Source: Phoronis australis (Eukaryota; Animalia; Phoronida). From it: a DNA stretch of 64,000 nucleotides. Both the position numbers and the translations under genes were made by a program. Location: the NCBI GenBank assembly GCA_002633005.1, contig NMRA01000789.1, forward strand, positions 1-64,000, read 5' to 3'. Shown here piece after piece: positions 26,601 through 37,467 of the stretch. Within the stretch, counting starts at the first letter, position 1, and each line of letters opens with the position of its first letter. Below the pieces are notes generated by a model. It searched no databases and was not told the origin of the DNA. It saw nothing but the letters and a program-made list of their open reading frames with translations.

Positions 26601-26970
26601 TACAAAGTTCGTCCATTTCCGTGTGACGTTATCATGTACAGTGTATCTTACCACATACATTACAATGTCGTACGGAAAACGGCGAATATTGTATCGAACA
26701 GTTTGATTTTCTCCTTCCTGTCATCCATCACATCTCGACAGTTCATTAATAATGCATATTTTGTACTTTTAGTTTTGTGACGTTACTGATGACTGGACCC
26801 ACTACACACAGCGACGTCTAGAAAACTGGGTTGCCAACAGAGAGCACCATGTGCGCGTTCTCGGAGAAAAAGTGTACAAAAACCAGCTTTACTTCTTCAC
26901 CATCGCGCACAACTTCTACAAGAATGGAAATATCGGAGGATGCAAGATGATGGCAACATTACGCCTATGA
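17669..26970 (+). CDS. Class I SAM-dependent methyltransferase (small-molecule, sarcosine/dimethylglycine N-methyltransferase-like), 7 exons, 277 aa
   Basis: Exons 17669-17708, 19187-19224, 20101-20216, 21695-21891, 24450-24558, 25930-26065, 26773-26970. All junctions are GT-AG, phases match, total 834 nt. Protein: MEKTKDDIENVKLYFQVERIYNELRELGYKDGDQPLKVEDVNKFDNYHYHGTD...CIDVGSGLGGTARYL (motif I)...VTAVEL...GSYDVLIG...FLHI...AEVLKSGGKMYIED (motif III)...GNIGGCKMMATLRL*. Confidence 0.9.
18700..19175 (+). mobile_element. 3' part of a Helentron/HINE-like non-autonomous element
   Basis: Contains ttc(g/a)tgaaa(t/a)ttgg core motifs and the 3' end GGCGCATTT..AACGCTCGGCGTTGCTCTTG. Both match the complete copy at 59643-61585. 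Confidence 0.6.
20560..20866. mobile_element. Palindromic MITE-like host element containing a nested hAT MITE
   Basis: Inverted ends TGTAACGACATAAA (~20592) and TTTATGTCGTAACA (~20851-20864), with internal cgcccgggtgacaat repeats. A further inverted end lies at 20560-20585. Confidence 0.55.
20671..20826. mobile_element. 156-bp hAT-type MITE
   Basis: Perfect 14-bp TIR CAGTGCTGTAGTGG / CCACTACAGCACTG; 8-bp TSD GTGACAAT at 20663-20670 and 20827-20834. Confidence 0.85.
22798..24323 (-). mobile_element. Kolobok-like non-autonomous DNA transposon with a THAP domain remnant, in methyltransferase intron 4
   Basis: Imperfect ~170-bp TIRs (22798-~22970 and ~24155-24323) flanked by TTAA and TCAA. The minus-strand ORF from ATG 24064, MPYGCCIPRC...HCFP...VCGRHF, is a C2CH THAP zinc finger; the rest of the transposase is deleted or degenerate. 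Confidence 0.7.
25028..25127. mobile_element. 100-bp MITE with 5-bp TSD, same family as 30378-31397
   Basis: Ends CACAGGCGGATTTAGG / ATAGATCCGCCACTG; TSD GGCTA at 25023-25027 and 25128-25132. Confidence 0.8.
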
Positions 26971-27887
26971 TCATTCAGAACATACAAATGAGCTATCAGT
27001 AGTGAAGATGTGACAAGGTGGCCGCAGGCGTGTACCAAAATTGCTGAGAGCCCTCTTAATTGCGGGTGCCTGGGCTGCTGATTCCCACCCCCTTTTGCGG
27101 GGTAGTCAGCATCACCCCAATGCAGTGGGTCTTTTGCGGGGACGAAATGAAAATTTAGTCTAATGTTGGACCCTGTGCGGGTTCCCCACAACTTCCTGAA
27201 AAAGTACCGCCTACCCGCAATTTTTGTACACACCTGCGGGCACCCCCGGGTATGAGGCAATATAGATTCTTCATCCTTATCCCAATGCATTACTATATCT
27301 TGAGCAATAGTAAATTACTGAGGCGTTGGAAGCTCAATCCGTTTCACGGCACCTTAATTTGTACCCCGTCCATAGATCAGTACAAATTCCCGCTGTCGTC
27401 CAATGAAGAGGTTTGTTAGTCAGGGAATCTGATCTAAGGTCCTACTGTGTAGAGTTAATCAATTGCCGCATTAGCGTGACTTCACGACCATGAAACATTG
27501 GCTAAAATGAATTGATATATCGTGGATTGAAACTGGTGATTTTTGGAACTATTGGGGATGAATTGTACTCCTCTTAAAAAGCTACTTTGGGGTCATTTAT
27601 AACGATGCAAATTCTCCGAAATAGATACGTTAGGTTTGGTTCTTCGGTACCTGTTGATGAATGGTTTTAGTAGACCTTTGAACCATGGTGCGTAATTGCC
27701 TTGATGTCGGGATGCGGTCAAAAGAGCACAAGAATTCTTAACAATGGACACCAGATTGATACATGGACTAACCACTGGCGCCTGGACTTGAAACCAAATG
27801 GGAGGTTTTGCTAATACATTTTTGAAGGGACAACAAAACTATGATTTTTGACGGGAAACAGCTTTTGTTTTAAACTAATCTTACTAT

Positions 27888-28168
27888 TGTGACGGGACGT
27901 TCGTAACTTTACGCTTATTGTTATTCTAATTTAGTTGCAAATGTTCAGTTATTCTTATGCTAATGTCTTTGTTGCGTCTCAGTGCGCCTTTGTTACGTGG
28001 GCATGTGGGCGCGACTGTATGTGTCGGGCACTTCGCTAGCGACAGGCTTAGGAGAAGGGTGTTTCCTTCTTTTGCTTTCATGGAAAGTTGATCGTTATCA
28101 TGTGCAAATTGAACTGAAACGAATGCCTGATGAGAGAAAATACATATTCTGAGGTTCAGTGGAGACTT
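27888..28168 (+). mobile_element. Possible LTR start, truncated at a contig join
   Basis: Similarity to the second copy (~31843) stops at ttactat|TGTGACGG. The unrelated sequence begins with TG and ends at the N at 28169. Confidence 0.35.
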
Positions 28169-28811
28169 NCACTCAAAAATATCCAATGTCTCAAAATGAC
28201 TGTTCATGAAGGAGATAGCGCTTCGTCCTTGTCAACTCATCCCGCCTTGCTCACCATAATACTAAGGAGACTTTCAGGAAGCAATGGGGGCTGATCACGT
28301 GGGGCCGGTGACTGGTCGCCACCTAGCTGTGCCATGTGTTTCTTTGTCTTTGGAGCAAATGGCATAGGGGAGCAGACTGACTTCGAGAAAGGACTCTTCT
28401 GGTTAGACTCGATGTGTTTTAAACAAATGTTATAAAGTGCCTCCTCGTCCTCTATAGAGGCTACTAGTATCCAGTCCCACGTGACCAGTGGTCGCGTTCA
28501 GTCAGTGTGCGATGAAACTTGATAGTCTCCTATATTAGAAATTGGGTCAAACCAAAGACGCTTTTGTGCTCTAGCAACACTAAAGAGTAGTATTTCGGAT
28601 GCTTCCTGTTGCATAAAATGGGGCAAACAGTTTAACAAGTTATCAAGGTTCGCTAATCATGTTATAAATGCTCTGAGTGCTCTCATATTGCACAAACAAT
28701 ATGGAGGCGATGGTTCGTGGCTTGCTGAGGCAAAACTATAAGCAGGATTTTCGTGTTAGATTTGTGTACTAACCATCACCAGACTGTCAAATTCTGTTTT
28801 TATGAATCCAG

Positions 28812-29896
28812 GTACATCGAAGATATGTATGACAAAGGTACAGTGACGGAGGATGAAAGGAGTGCCCTGAAGAGAGATATCTACTGCACACTGATTACCA
28901 AGGATGATTATGTGAAATTACTCAACAGTGCTGGCTTTCAAGTTGAGGTAGGCTTCATTGCCACTCTTCAAGTACCCAACACGTTTGTAAGGTGGCTATG
29001 TCTTTCTGTTAACTTTGCTGCCACTGTGGTTACTACTAGTCATTTCAGAGGTGATAGCCGCGGCGGGAAAACGGTATTTCGTCAGTTTACTTCTATCATG
29101 TTTTGTATGAAGATAAGTCAAGAGTTTCGTGTAGTTAGTTTGTTATAATACCGGTAGTTATTTTTATAATAAAAATTTCAGGTATGCCCTTGATAACCGT
29201 TTTTGGTGAGCACATTTCTGTTGAATCTCAACAAAATTCTGTAATTAAGCCACTATCTTGTGAGCTTGACTTTCAGAAAAAAAAAAACAAGAACATTCAC
29301 GTTTAATGTAGCTCAGCGGCACGGTGGTCTGGAGGTAGCATTACTGCGAATGCTTGCAGTTCCTCAAAACATAATATGATCGTGGCAATATCGTACAAGT
29401 CAACACTGAAAAATGAGGAAAAAAGTTTTATTTGTCCGTCATATTGTTTCGCAGCTGAATTCGGAAGATTTTACTGTACCGACTAAAGTATTCAACAATG
29501 CTCATTCGGTACAAAGTTCGACCATTTCCGTGTGACGTTATCATGTATCTTACCATATACGTTATGTACATTACAATGTCGTACGGAAAACGGCGAATAT
29601 TGTATCGAATGAGCGTGTATTTAACAGTTTGATTTTCTCCTTCCTGTCATCCATCACATCTCGACAGTTCATTAATAATGCATATTTTGTACTTTTAGTT
29701 TTGTGACGTTACTGATGACTGGACCCACTACACACAGCGACGTCTAGAGGAATGGGTTGCCAACAGAGAGCACCACGTGCGCGTTCTCGGAGAAAAAGTG
29801 TACAAAAACCAGCTTTACTTCTTCACCATCGCGCACAACTTCTACAAGAATGGAAATATCGGAGGATGCAAGATAATGGCAACATTACGCCCATGA
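28812..29896 (+). CDS. Second copy of methyltransferase exons 6 and 7 (28812-28947, 29699-29896)
   Basis: Splice sites and frames are intact: YIEDMYDKG...LLNSAGFQVE and FCDVTDDWTHYTQRRLEEW...GGCKIMATLRP*. Four amino acids differ from the first copy. Confidence 0.7.
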
Positions 29897-30377
29897 TCAT
29901 GCAGAACATCCAAATGAGCTAGCAGTAGTGAAGATGTGACAAGGTGCCAGCAGGGGTGTACCAAAATTGCTGAGAGACCCTCTTAATTGCGGGTGCCTGG
30001 GCTGCTGATTCCCACCCCCCTTTTGCGGGTTAGTCAGCCTCACCCCAATGCAGTGGGTCTTTGCGGGGACGAAATGAAAATTTAGTCTCCTGTTGGACCC
30101 TGTGTGGGTCCCCCACATTTTGCTGAAAAAGATTCCGCCTACCCGCAATTATGGTACACACCTGCGGGCACCCCCGGGTATGAGGCAATATAGATTCTTC
30201 ATCCTTATCCCAATGCATTACTAAGTCTTGAGCAATGGTAAATTACTGAGGCGATGGAAGCTCAACCCGTTTCACGGCACCTTAATTTGTACCCCGCCCA
30301 TAAAGATCAGTACAAATTACCGCTGTCGTCCAATGAAGAGGTTTGTTAGTCAGGGAATCCGATCTAAGGTCCTACTG

Positions 30378-31397
30378 CATAGGCGGATTTAGGGGGGGGG
30401 CCCAGGGGGCCCGGCCCCCCCCCCCCCTTGGCTGCCGCAAAAAAAAATAAAACAGTAAGAGCGTAGGGAAATGGTGAGTTTATTAATTAACCCCGGTAAT
30501 TAAAATTATACGGATGAAAAAAGATATAAATGTGTGCAGTTTTAGTGTTGGGGGGGGCTCAAATCCAATTTCAAGTGTCAAATTCGGAACACGGCGCGTT
30601 CGTAACGGAACTATGGCTAAGTATAGAATCTCCCGCGATATCCTAGGCGACCGGCAGCGGCGCTGTGCACTACGACTCCGTTTCCGTCGTCTGCTCCACT
30701 GTGCAATGAAGAAAATTTACTTCATTTTTTAACGAAAGTGGAACCTGAGTGACGATGAAAAAACAGAAGCTGCTGGTAAGATGTGAATTTTAATCGAAGC
30801 CTTAGTGAATCACTCAGAAACTCGCAATACTCTCTTTGTCAAACCTTATCTTAAGACGGTTTCCAAAGCAATCCCGTCATTATTGCCAACACGGTGTTGC
30901 CGGGCAACACGAAAAATGGATTTGGTCTTTTGGGCATTTGAAGACTATTTCAAATACGACAAATTTGTTAAGAATTGATGGCACAAAATATAAAACGTGT
31001 AATAAGCATTACAAAAAGAAGTAGGTTTCGCGCGCAAACGCTGTGGCCCATAAACAAGTAAGTCTTTTAGTAAGACATTTGTAGTTACATCGTGGTGGTG
31101 TAGTGGTAACGTACGTGCGCTCTAAGCGCCAGGTCGTGAGTTCGAGTCTTTGATGCCTGCATTTTTTTCCTGTTTGACACGTTCTCCGCGTTTTTTTTTT
31201 TTTCCTTTTTTCTTGGATAATACTTCAGGAATCAAGGAAAATGCTTGATTTTTAGAGGTAAAAACAGAAAACCCCCTCTCCCGACCTCCCCCCATTCGGT
31301 GCTATGCGCATCTACAATCGTGGTTCAGTTTGCGCAAATGCTTTCAGCCGGACAAAATGTTGGGCCCCCCCCTTGTGATATCCTAGATCCGCCACTG
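30378..31397. mobile_element. 1020-bp non-autonomous DNA transposon with 5-bp TSD (hAT5-like by inference)
   Basis: TIR CATAGGCGGATTTAGG / CCTAGATCCGCCACTG; TSD TACTG at 30373-30377 and 31398-31402. The empty site aaggtccTACTGtgtagag is visible at ~27436-27454. Confidence 0.9.
31088..31168 (+). ncRNA. tRNA-like Pol III unit or SINE head inside the DNA transposon (not a canonical tRNA)
   Basis: A box TGGTGTAGTGG (31096-31106), B-box-like GAGTTCGAGTC (31138-31148) and a T7 run (31162-31168). The stems are imperfect. Confidence 0.45.
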
Positions 31398-31924
31398 TAC
31401 TGTGTAGAGTTAATCAATTGCCGCATTAGCGTGACTTCACGACCATGAAACATTGGTTAAAATGAATTGATATATCGTGGATTGAAACTGGTGATTTTTG
31501 GAACTACTGGGGTGAATTGTACTCCTCTAAAAAAGCTACGTTGGGGTCATTTATAACGATGCAAATCCTCCGAAATAGATGCGTTAGGTTTGGTTCTTCG
31601 GTACCTGTTGATGAATGGTTTTAGTAGACTTTTGAACCATGGTGCGTAATTGCCCTGCTGTCGGGATGGCGGTCAAAAGAGCACAGGAATACTTAACAAT
31701 GGACACCAGATTGATACATGGACTAACCACTGGCGCCTGGACTTGAAACTAAATGGGAAGTTTTGCTAATACATTTTTGAAGGGACAATAAACCTATGCC
31801 TTTTGACAGGAAACATCTTTTGTTTTAAACTAATCTTACTATTATACAATTGTTCTAATCTTGTTCCTTGCTCAGGTTAGAAACGATTTCTACAGGGTTT
31901 TGAAAAACTGATAGTTCGATATTG

Positions 31925-32064
31925 CTCAGGACCGGACGTGCGTTCAGTAACGCTAGGACCTATCTAAAATCTAGCCAAACTCACGGTAATATCTCGCGTA
32001 ATCTCGCAAAGTCTTGTTGTTTAGCGAGGTCCTAGCGTTACTGAACGGAGACCCGGCCCCTGAG
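31925..32064. mobile_element. Palindromic MITE
   Basis: Inverted arms CTCAGG..CCGG..CGTTCAGTAACGCTAGGACCT / AGGTCCTAGCGTTACTGAACG..CCGG..CCTGAG. It is absent from the paralogous region near 5150-5360. Confidence 0.7.
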
Positions 32065-33049
32065 TTGCTGATCACGGCGGGTTAGTTTCAGTCGCCAATG
32101 CCGTACAGGCCGTTAGAGACTTTCTGCATGATTTATTGTAACCAATTTCAGCAGGATACTTTGTAAAAGCAACTCCTTAGTATTCTCATCTGATACCACA
32201 AAATTTCTATTACTGGTATGTAATACGGGCCGAGTTAATAAAGATGGAATGTTATATCTTTCAGTACATGGATGTTTTGCTACATCGGGAATAGACTATT
32301 TTTTCTTTGGTGGTGCAACACTGAAAAAAGTGGGCGNAGCCCCCATGATAGGCCCCCCCCGTGTTTTTGTCTCATGTCAGCAGTGAACGCTGTACTAACA
32401 CCAGAAATGATGACGCCCTGACGGTTGCTCACAAAGAACGGGACACAAATTCGGATGTACTTTGTGGATCAGAAAGAGAACGTTCTCTCATTACCTGCTG
32501 CCAAAATTTAAATCAGCCATGCTTAAATGAGTGATTACACCTCATTACATACTCAGACGGAAATATCAAGTTTAAACGGCGGAATTGCTTGAGATTGTTT
32601 TTCTGGTGGTATTTTTGCGTGTTATTTAAGTTGCTTACATGGCTGGAAATGGGAACAGTCCACTATTTCGAAGATTCACTCGAAGTTTCACTACTCCAAA
32701 AATTCACTGCTGCGCAAATATCTAAACTTTCAAATTCAGTAGTATTTTTCATACTTCTACATGCAAAAATAAACGATACTTCGGTTATTAGAGGCACCTA
32801 TACCGGCTCTCTGGCGAAGTTGACCGGGTACGACCCAATGCTAGGTGAAGCGCTTCAAATTCAAAATTATTACTAACTTAGTTATCACTGTAGTTAGCAG
32901 CACCAGTAGCTGCAACAATTTTGTTGTTGTTGTCCATTTATATCCTATCCTTGACGGACATGCTGAGGCTGGACCTTTTCAGCGGGTGAGGGGTTCGACC
33001 GACCCCCTCCCCCCTGGCTACGGACCTGTGAATCATCTTTTATTGCAGT

Positions 33050-34440
33050 GAGTGGTGAACGACGGGGTACCATACGCACGACCATCGCTTCAGTATGTGT
33101 GTCATCAGGGCGTTGTCAGGGAGACAATATGTTCACAGCATACAGTTCATTGTCGAACTCAGCCCATATAATATCACAGAAGGGGATTTGTAATGCTTCG
33201 TATTCCTAGAACTGTTTGTGAACGATAATGCAACCCTTATTTGTACATCTTATTTGATAGGTTAATTCGTGTAGGCCTGTATCTAGTCTCTCTATATATC
33301 CCTTTTGTTTGTCTCTCATTCAGAAGTTGTTTTTCCGCACTGAGTGTTGTTCTCCTCATGTAACGTTGCCTATCTTCAATATAGTAGTCAAGACACATCT
33401 ATAGTTTTTTCCAACGATCACCTCTGCGTACGTAGCATGGGGACTCGGGATGCTCGAACGAGCCCTCCATTTGGCGAAGTGAGCAAAAAGGTCCGCCTCA
33501 GAGAAACAAAAACTCCGAACAAAAGTAGAAAACGAGACAAAAGTCCACTGAAAAGGCAGGAACTACCAAAATTCGGCGAATACACAATTCGTAGCTCTGA
33601 AAGTACTCTGTGAATATTGCCAAAAGCTCCACACTCTGGAAAATTCGAGCCCCCCAGTTTTTTAGGCTGGGTGCGCGTATGCATAGCCAAATCGCATTTT
33701 CCCGTACGCCACAGAGGTGACTAATATTTGTATAGAGTATGTCACATTACGATGGTACATGTTGTCGCCTTCTAAAATCGTCCACCTTCAGTGAATTTTC
33801 ATGGCTCTTGCACGTGTAGGTCTGGGTGAGGGTATGCGAACAGGAGGGTACCAAAAGATGGGGGAGTAAAGCACGTCATATTGAGTATCCCAAATATTGT
33901 TAATAAAATCATCGCTACTGCAAACAAGGCGGCGTGCCGACGTGTTTACCACAATCGGCAACCATCCGGCCCAAATCTTTCCTCGTTTCTTTACAATTTC
34001 CCGGGAAAATTACACTTTAAGAGAGCCATGCTCTGAAGTTACTTTTGGAGAGGCTGTGCTTCCATGCTCCTGGTTGCTGAAACGCAGATGAACAATTATC
34101 GTCAACTTTCAATTTCGAAAAGATTCAGGCCGGATGATAACCACGTCTGCATGCCGACTCGTTTGCAGTAGCGATGATTTTGCAAATATTAATTAATATT
34201 TGGGATACTAAATCAGACGCGCTTCACTCCCCCCATCTTTTGGTACCCTCCTGTTCGATTTGCCCAAGCATACCTTCACCTACGCCTACATCTACAAGAG
34301 ATATGTAATTTCACTGCAGATGGAGGATTTTAGGCAGTGGCGGATCTAGGATAACATAAGGGGGGGGGGGCAACATCTTGCCTCGGGGAATTGGGCAATG
34401 CGCGNAAGGCGACAATAGGTACCATCACAATATGGAAACA
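33050..34440. mobile_element. Long foldback (inverted-repeat) element
   Basis: 33765-33952 is the reverse complement of 34137-34333. 33060-33175 is the reverse complement of ~11515-11615 in the paralogous segment. Confidence 0.6.
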
Positions 34441-35994
34441 TAAATTGTCATGCTTCGGCTCCCTTCATACCTTATGTCTCTGTTTAGTGGGGGAGGGGAG
34501 CCACCGCCACCAACTGCCTGAGTGGGACTGCTCCCCCACATCCTATCCCCATGGTTATATTTTGATGTCTTGACATGAAAGGTCCAATCAGCTATTGTTC
34601 GTGAGAGACAGACACTTCATCTTCTGTGGTCATTAGGCCCATGTGCCAAACACTTGAAAAAATTCTTAAAAACGAAAGCATTATCGTAAATGCTGCACAG
34701 AGCCCTATCATGGTGACATCATGGTCACACACATCTTTAAACCTACAAATTTCTGTAGCCAATGAAGTCTTTGAATGGAATGTTTTGTAAACTTAACAAT
34801 GACTTTAATTCTAATACAAATATCAATGACCATTCAACAAAACAAAACAAAAATATTTATCTCAAACAAAACCATTCTTATATTTTCTGACACACAGTAG
34901 ACAATTCTCTACTTATTTCAGACAAAAATTAGAGCAAAATTGTAATTTTTCTACATTACAAAGGTGGATTACTAAGTAATGGAAAATTTGCCAAAAGATG
35001 TTTTATGATATCCACACAGTACAAACCATGTTAACAACAGACTAGTAAACATCTCTTAATCTTTACTTCTGTGGAGAAATTTGACGAAATATAATTTCAC
35101 TTGTCGGCCGCATTATGTGCTAAATAAGTGAAGAATTACCATACTGTGTACAAAGGTAATAAATTCAACATAAATAAACAACCAAGAGAAAAACAGTTTC
35201 AATTTACCAAACAAAGCACAGCATATCTTAAAGTCCCAAGTGTTAGTTTTATTGTGGACTTTCATTGGTGAAGTTGAAGTCAAACCAAACTTGCAGTTCA
35301 ATTTCTGGTTACAATTTCCTTATTGTTAAAGCAAAGAGGAGAACATGTTGCTGTAATAGGTGAAAAGATCATTACGTCAGTTTCATCGCAAAGATGCTAC
35401 AAACCTTAAAACCTTTCTGGTACTCACTTATACAGTCACTACACAGACAACATTAACATGTGTTGCCAAGTTCAGTTTATGAGTAGAAACACCGAGAAAA
35501 TGTTTCTAAACATTCTGATTGGTCTACATTTATCTGTTGTATGTATTCAATCTTCAATGAGCACTGAAGGCTTGTTTTCTCTAATAAACACATACATAAC
35601 GAATAACAATAGAGGTCCTTCTTGGGCTAGGGATAAACTAACAGTTCGTTATTTCATACCTGAACTTGGCTTCATACATCCAGAGTATGGTCGTCGGCTT
35701 TTAACGAATGCCGAAACCCCTTTTGATCAGAGTGAGGAAATGAGCAGAGACCCATTTTAAGTGTTCTAAATAAAGCAAAAGCTAGTTTTATGTTCTAAGG
35801 TAGGTTCATAGGAGCTTTAAAATTTTACTTTGAAGATAATAATCGTGACACTGAAATACTACCATTGTGGCACTTCTACTATGTTTATATTGTCAGTCTG
35901 TAAAATAAATAATCTTATTAATCAGACTGGTGCAACTCTTTCACACCCTCCTCCCCATGATTTCCTGATCTTGACATACAGAAACATGTACAGC

Positions 35995-37467
35995 TTATAC
36001 ACTGCATTTGCTTTGATCAGGGACAAATGGAATGCTAAATGGTGCATGATTCTCTTGGATCATCCATAAGCTATCCATCACCTGGCCTGTGTATGCGATC
36101 ACTTGCTCCCAGTACAGGTGTGTTGAGTTGTGAACCGTTAGTCGGCCATAGCCATTAAGACCAGGTAGCCATGACCTGAAGGCCGACCAAGGTCTGGCGG
36201 CATGTAAGATGACGTCAAAACACAAACCGCTTCCCTCATTACAACCGGCTGCACCACTGATGAGATGAACTGGTGCCTTGGGGTTCACATAGTCACAATT
36301 GGTGACAGTTTCATTGTACACAGGGTACAGTCTCTCATACGAGTGTTCATGACCTTGTATTATAACGTCCACTCCATATTTGTACATGAGAGTTTCAAGT
36401 CCAGCTCGAACTATTGAGAGTTTCTTTGTGCAGTCGTCACGGTCAGCATTTGAACAGTACATGGGGCGGTGACCAAAAGCAATAATCCATGGCTGTGCAG
36501 TCCGATTAGTTGGCACGTTAGCATACTTTAAATCTTCCTCTAGCCAATTCAATTGGTCGTTTATGTAAGCGCCTTCATGTGTGAAATAAACTTCGGTGGA
36601 ATAACTGATAAAATGAACAAGACCAACATTAAAACTGTACCACATCTTGTTCAAAGGAATTGGCCAATCAGATGATGGCATGGAGAATCGATAGCGATAG
36701 TGAGCAAAATCACCAAAAATCTCATGATTTCCAGGGCAAGTCATGTAGGGTACACGACTTGCAATGCTCTCAATTCTTTGCATGAATAAATCACCTCTTT
36801 TTCCCTGATTTTTGTGAAAATCGTATGCAAAATCGCCCACGTGAATAAAAGCATCAACTATATTTTCTCTTCTTTCAGCTTCTTCCCGTAATCGACCCAA
36901 ACTGATTGCGCCCGCCTTTCGTCCCATGTCGCCATACACTATAAATCTAGCTGGCCAGGTGTGTCCCTCTTGTAATGTGTTAAACGAGTAAAGATAACTC
37001 TCTTCATTGCCAGATATTACTTTATACCAGTACCGTGTATTAGGCATCAAGGCTGTTAGTACCACTCTGTGATATCCATGCGCACTATGCAGGTTAGCGT
37101 CAATCAAAACTCCGTGATCGTCAAATTGTGCCGGAACTTCAAAGTTAAGACTCGTCCCATTTCTCCTGTTGTCTAGTTTACTGGCATCCACCCCATAGAC
37201 AACAGAAGGAACATTTCCTTCCTGAAGAGGATCAGGACTCGCCCAAACAACGATCATTTCTGATACTTCATCTCCTAGAGCCAGATGTAATTGCTCTGGG
37301 GTGTTGTTAAGATTCCACAAATCGCTCGTTTCCTCTTCATATCCCCATAATTTATCCCAGGTCAATTCTCCTGTGTCTCGCTTCTGTCCATTGATACAGT
37401 GCGAGCAAATGGCGAATAAACAAATGACATTTGAAATGTACTGGAAAACTAAATTTTGAACCCACAT
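35995..37467 (-). CDS. ACP7: Purple acid phosphatase, acid phosphatase type 7-like, secreted, single coding exon, 490 aa
   Basis: Uninterrupted 490-aa ORF with a hydrophobic N-terminal signal, an FN3-like N domain (PEQLHLALG) and all five metal-binding motifs: GDMG, GDFAY, GNHE, FGHRP, GHEH. Also has the ACP7-type HRPMYCSN..DDC motif. Confidence 0.93.
   Translation of the reverse strand: MWVQNLVFQYISNVICLFAICSHCINGQKRDTGELTWDKLWGYEEETSDLWNLNNTPEQLHLALGDEVSEMIVVWASPDPLQEGNVPSVVYGVDASKLDNRRNGTSLNFEVPAQFDDHGVLIDANLHSAHGYHRVVLTALMPNTRYWYKVISGNEESYLYSFNTLQEGHTWPARFIVYGDMGRKAGAISLGRLREEAERRENIVDAFIHVGDFAYDFHKNQGKRGDLFMQRIESIASRVPYMTCPGNHEIFGDFAHYRYRFSMPSSDWPIPLNKMWYSFNVGLVHFISYSTEVYFTHEGAYINDQLNWLEEDLKYANVPTNRTAQPWIIAFGHRPMYCSNADRDDCTKKLSIVRAGLETLMYKYGVDVIIQGHEHSYERLYPVYNETVTNCDYVNPKAPVHLISGAAGCNEGSGLCFDVILHAARPWSAFRSWLPGLNGYGRLTVHNSTHLYWEQVIAYTGQVMDSLWMIQENHAPFSIPFVPDQSKCSV

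Larger units (their letters stand above)
28171..31843 (+). repeat. Near-identical tandem copy of ~25279-27888 (recent duplication or uncollapsed haplotype)
   Basis: Begins actcaaaaatatcc directly after the N at 28169. It differs from the first copy by a few percent of substitutions, small indels and a 1-kb MITE insertion. Confidence 0.9.

Noticed and set aside
17669-37467. Methyltransferase plus acid phosphatase as a metabolic gene cluster
   Set aside because: The genes are convergent, the phosphatase is predicted secreted while the methyltransferase is cytosolic, and the duplication excluded the phosphatase. Adjacency alone gives no support.
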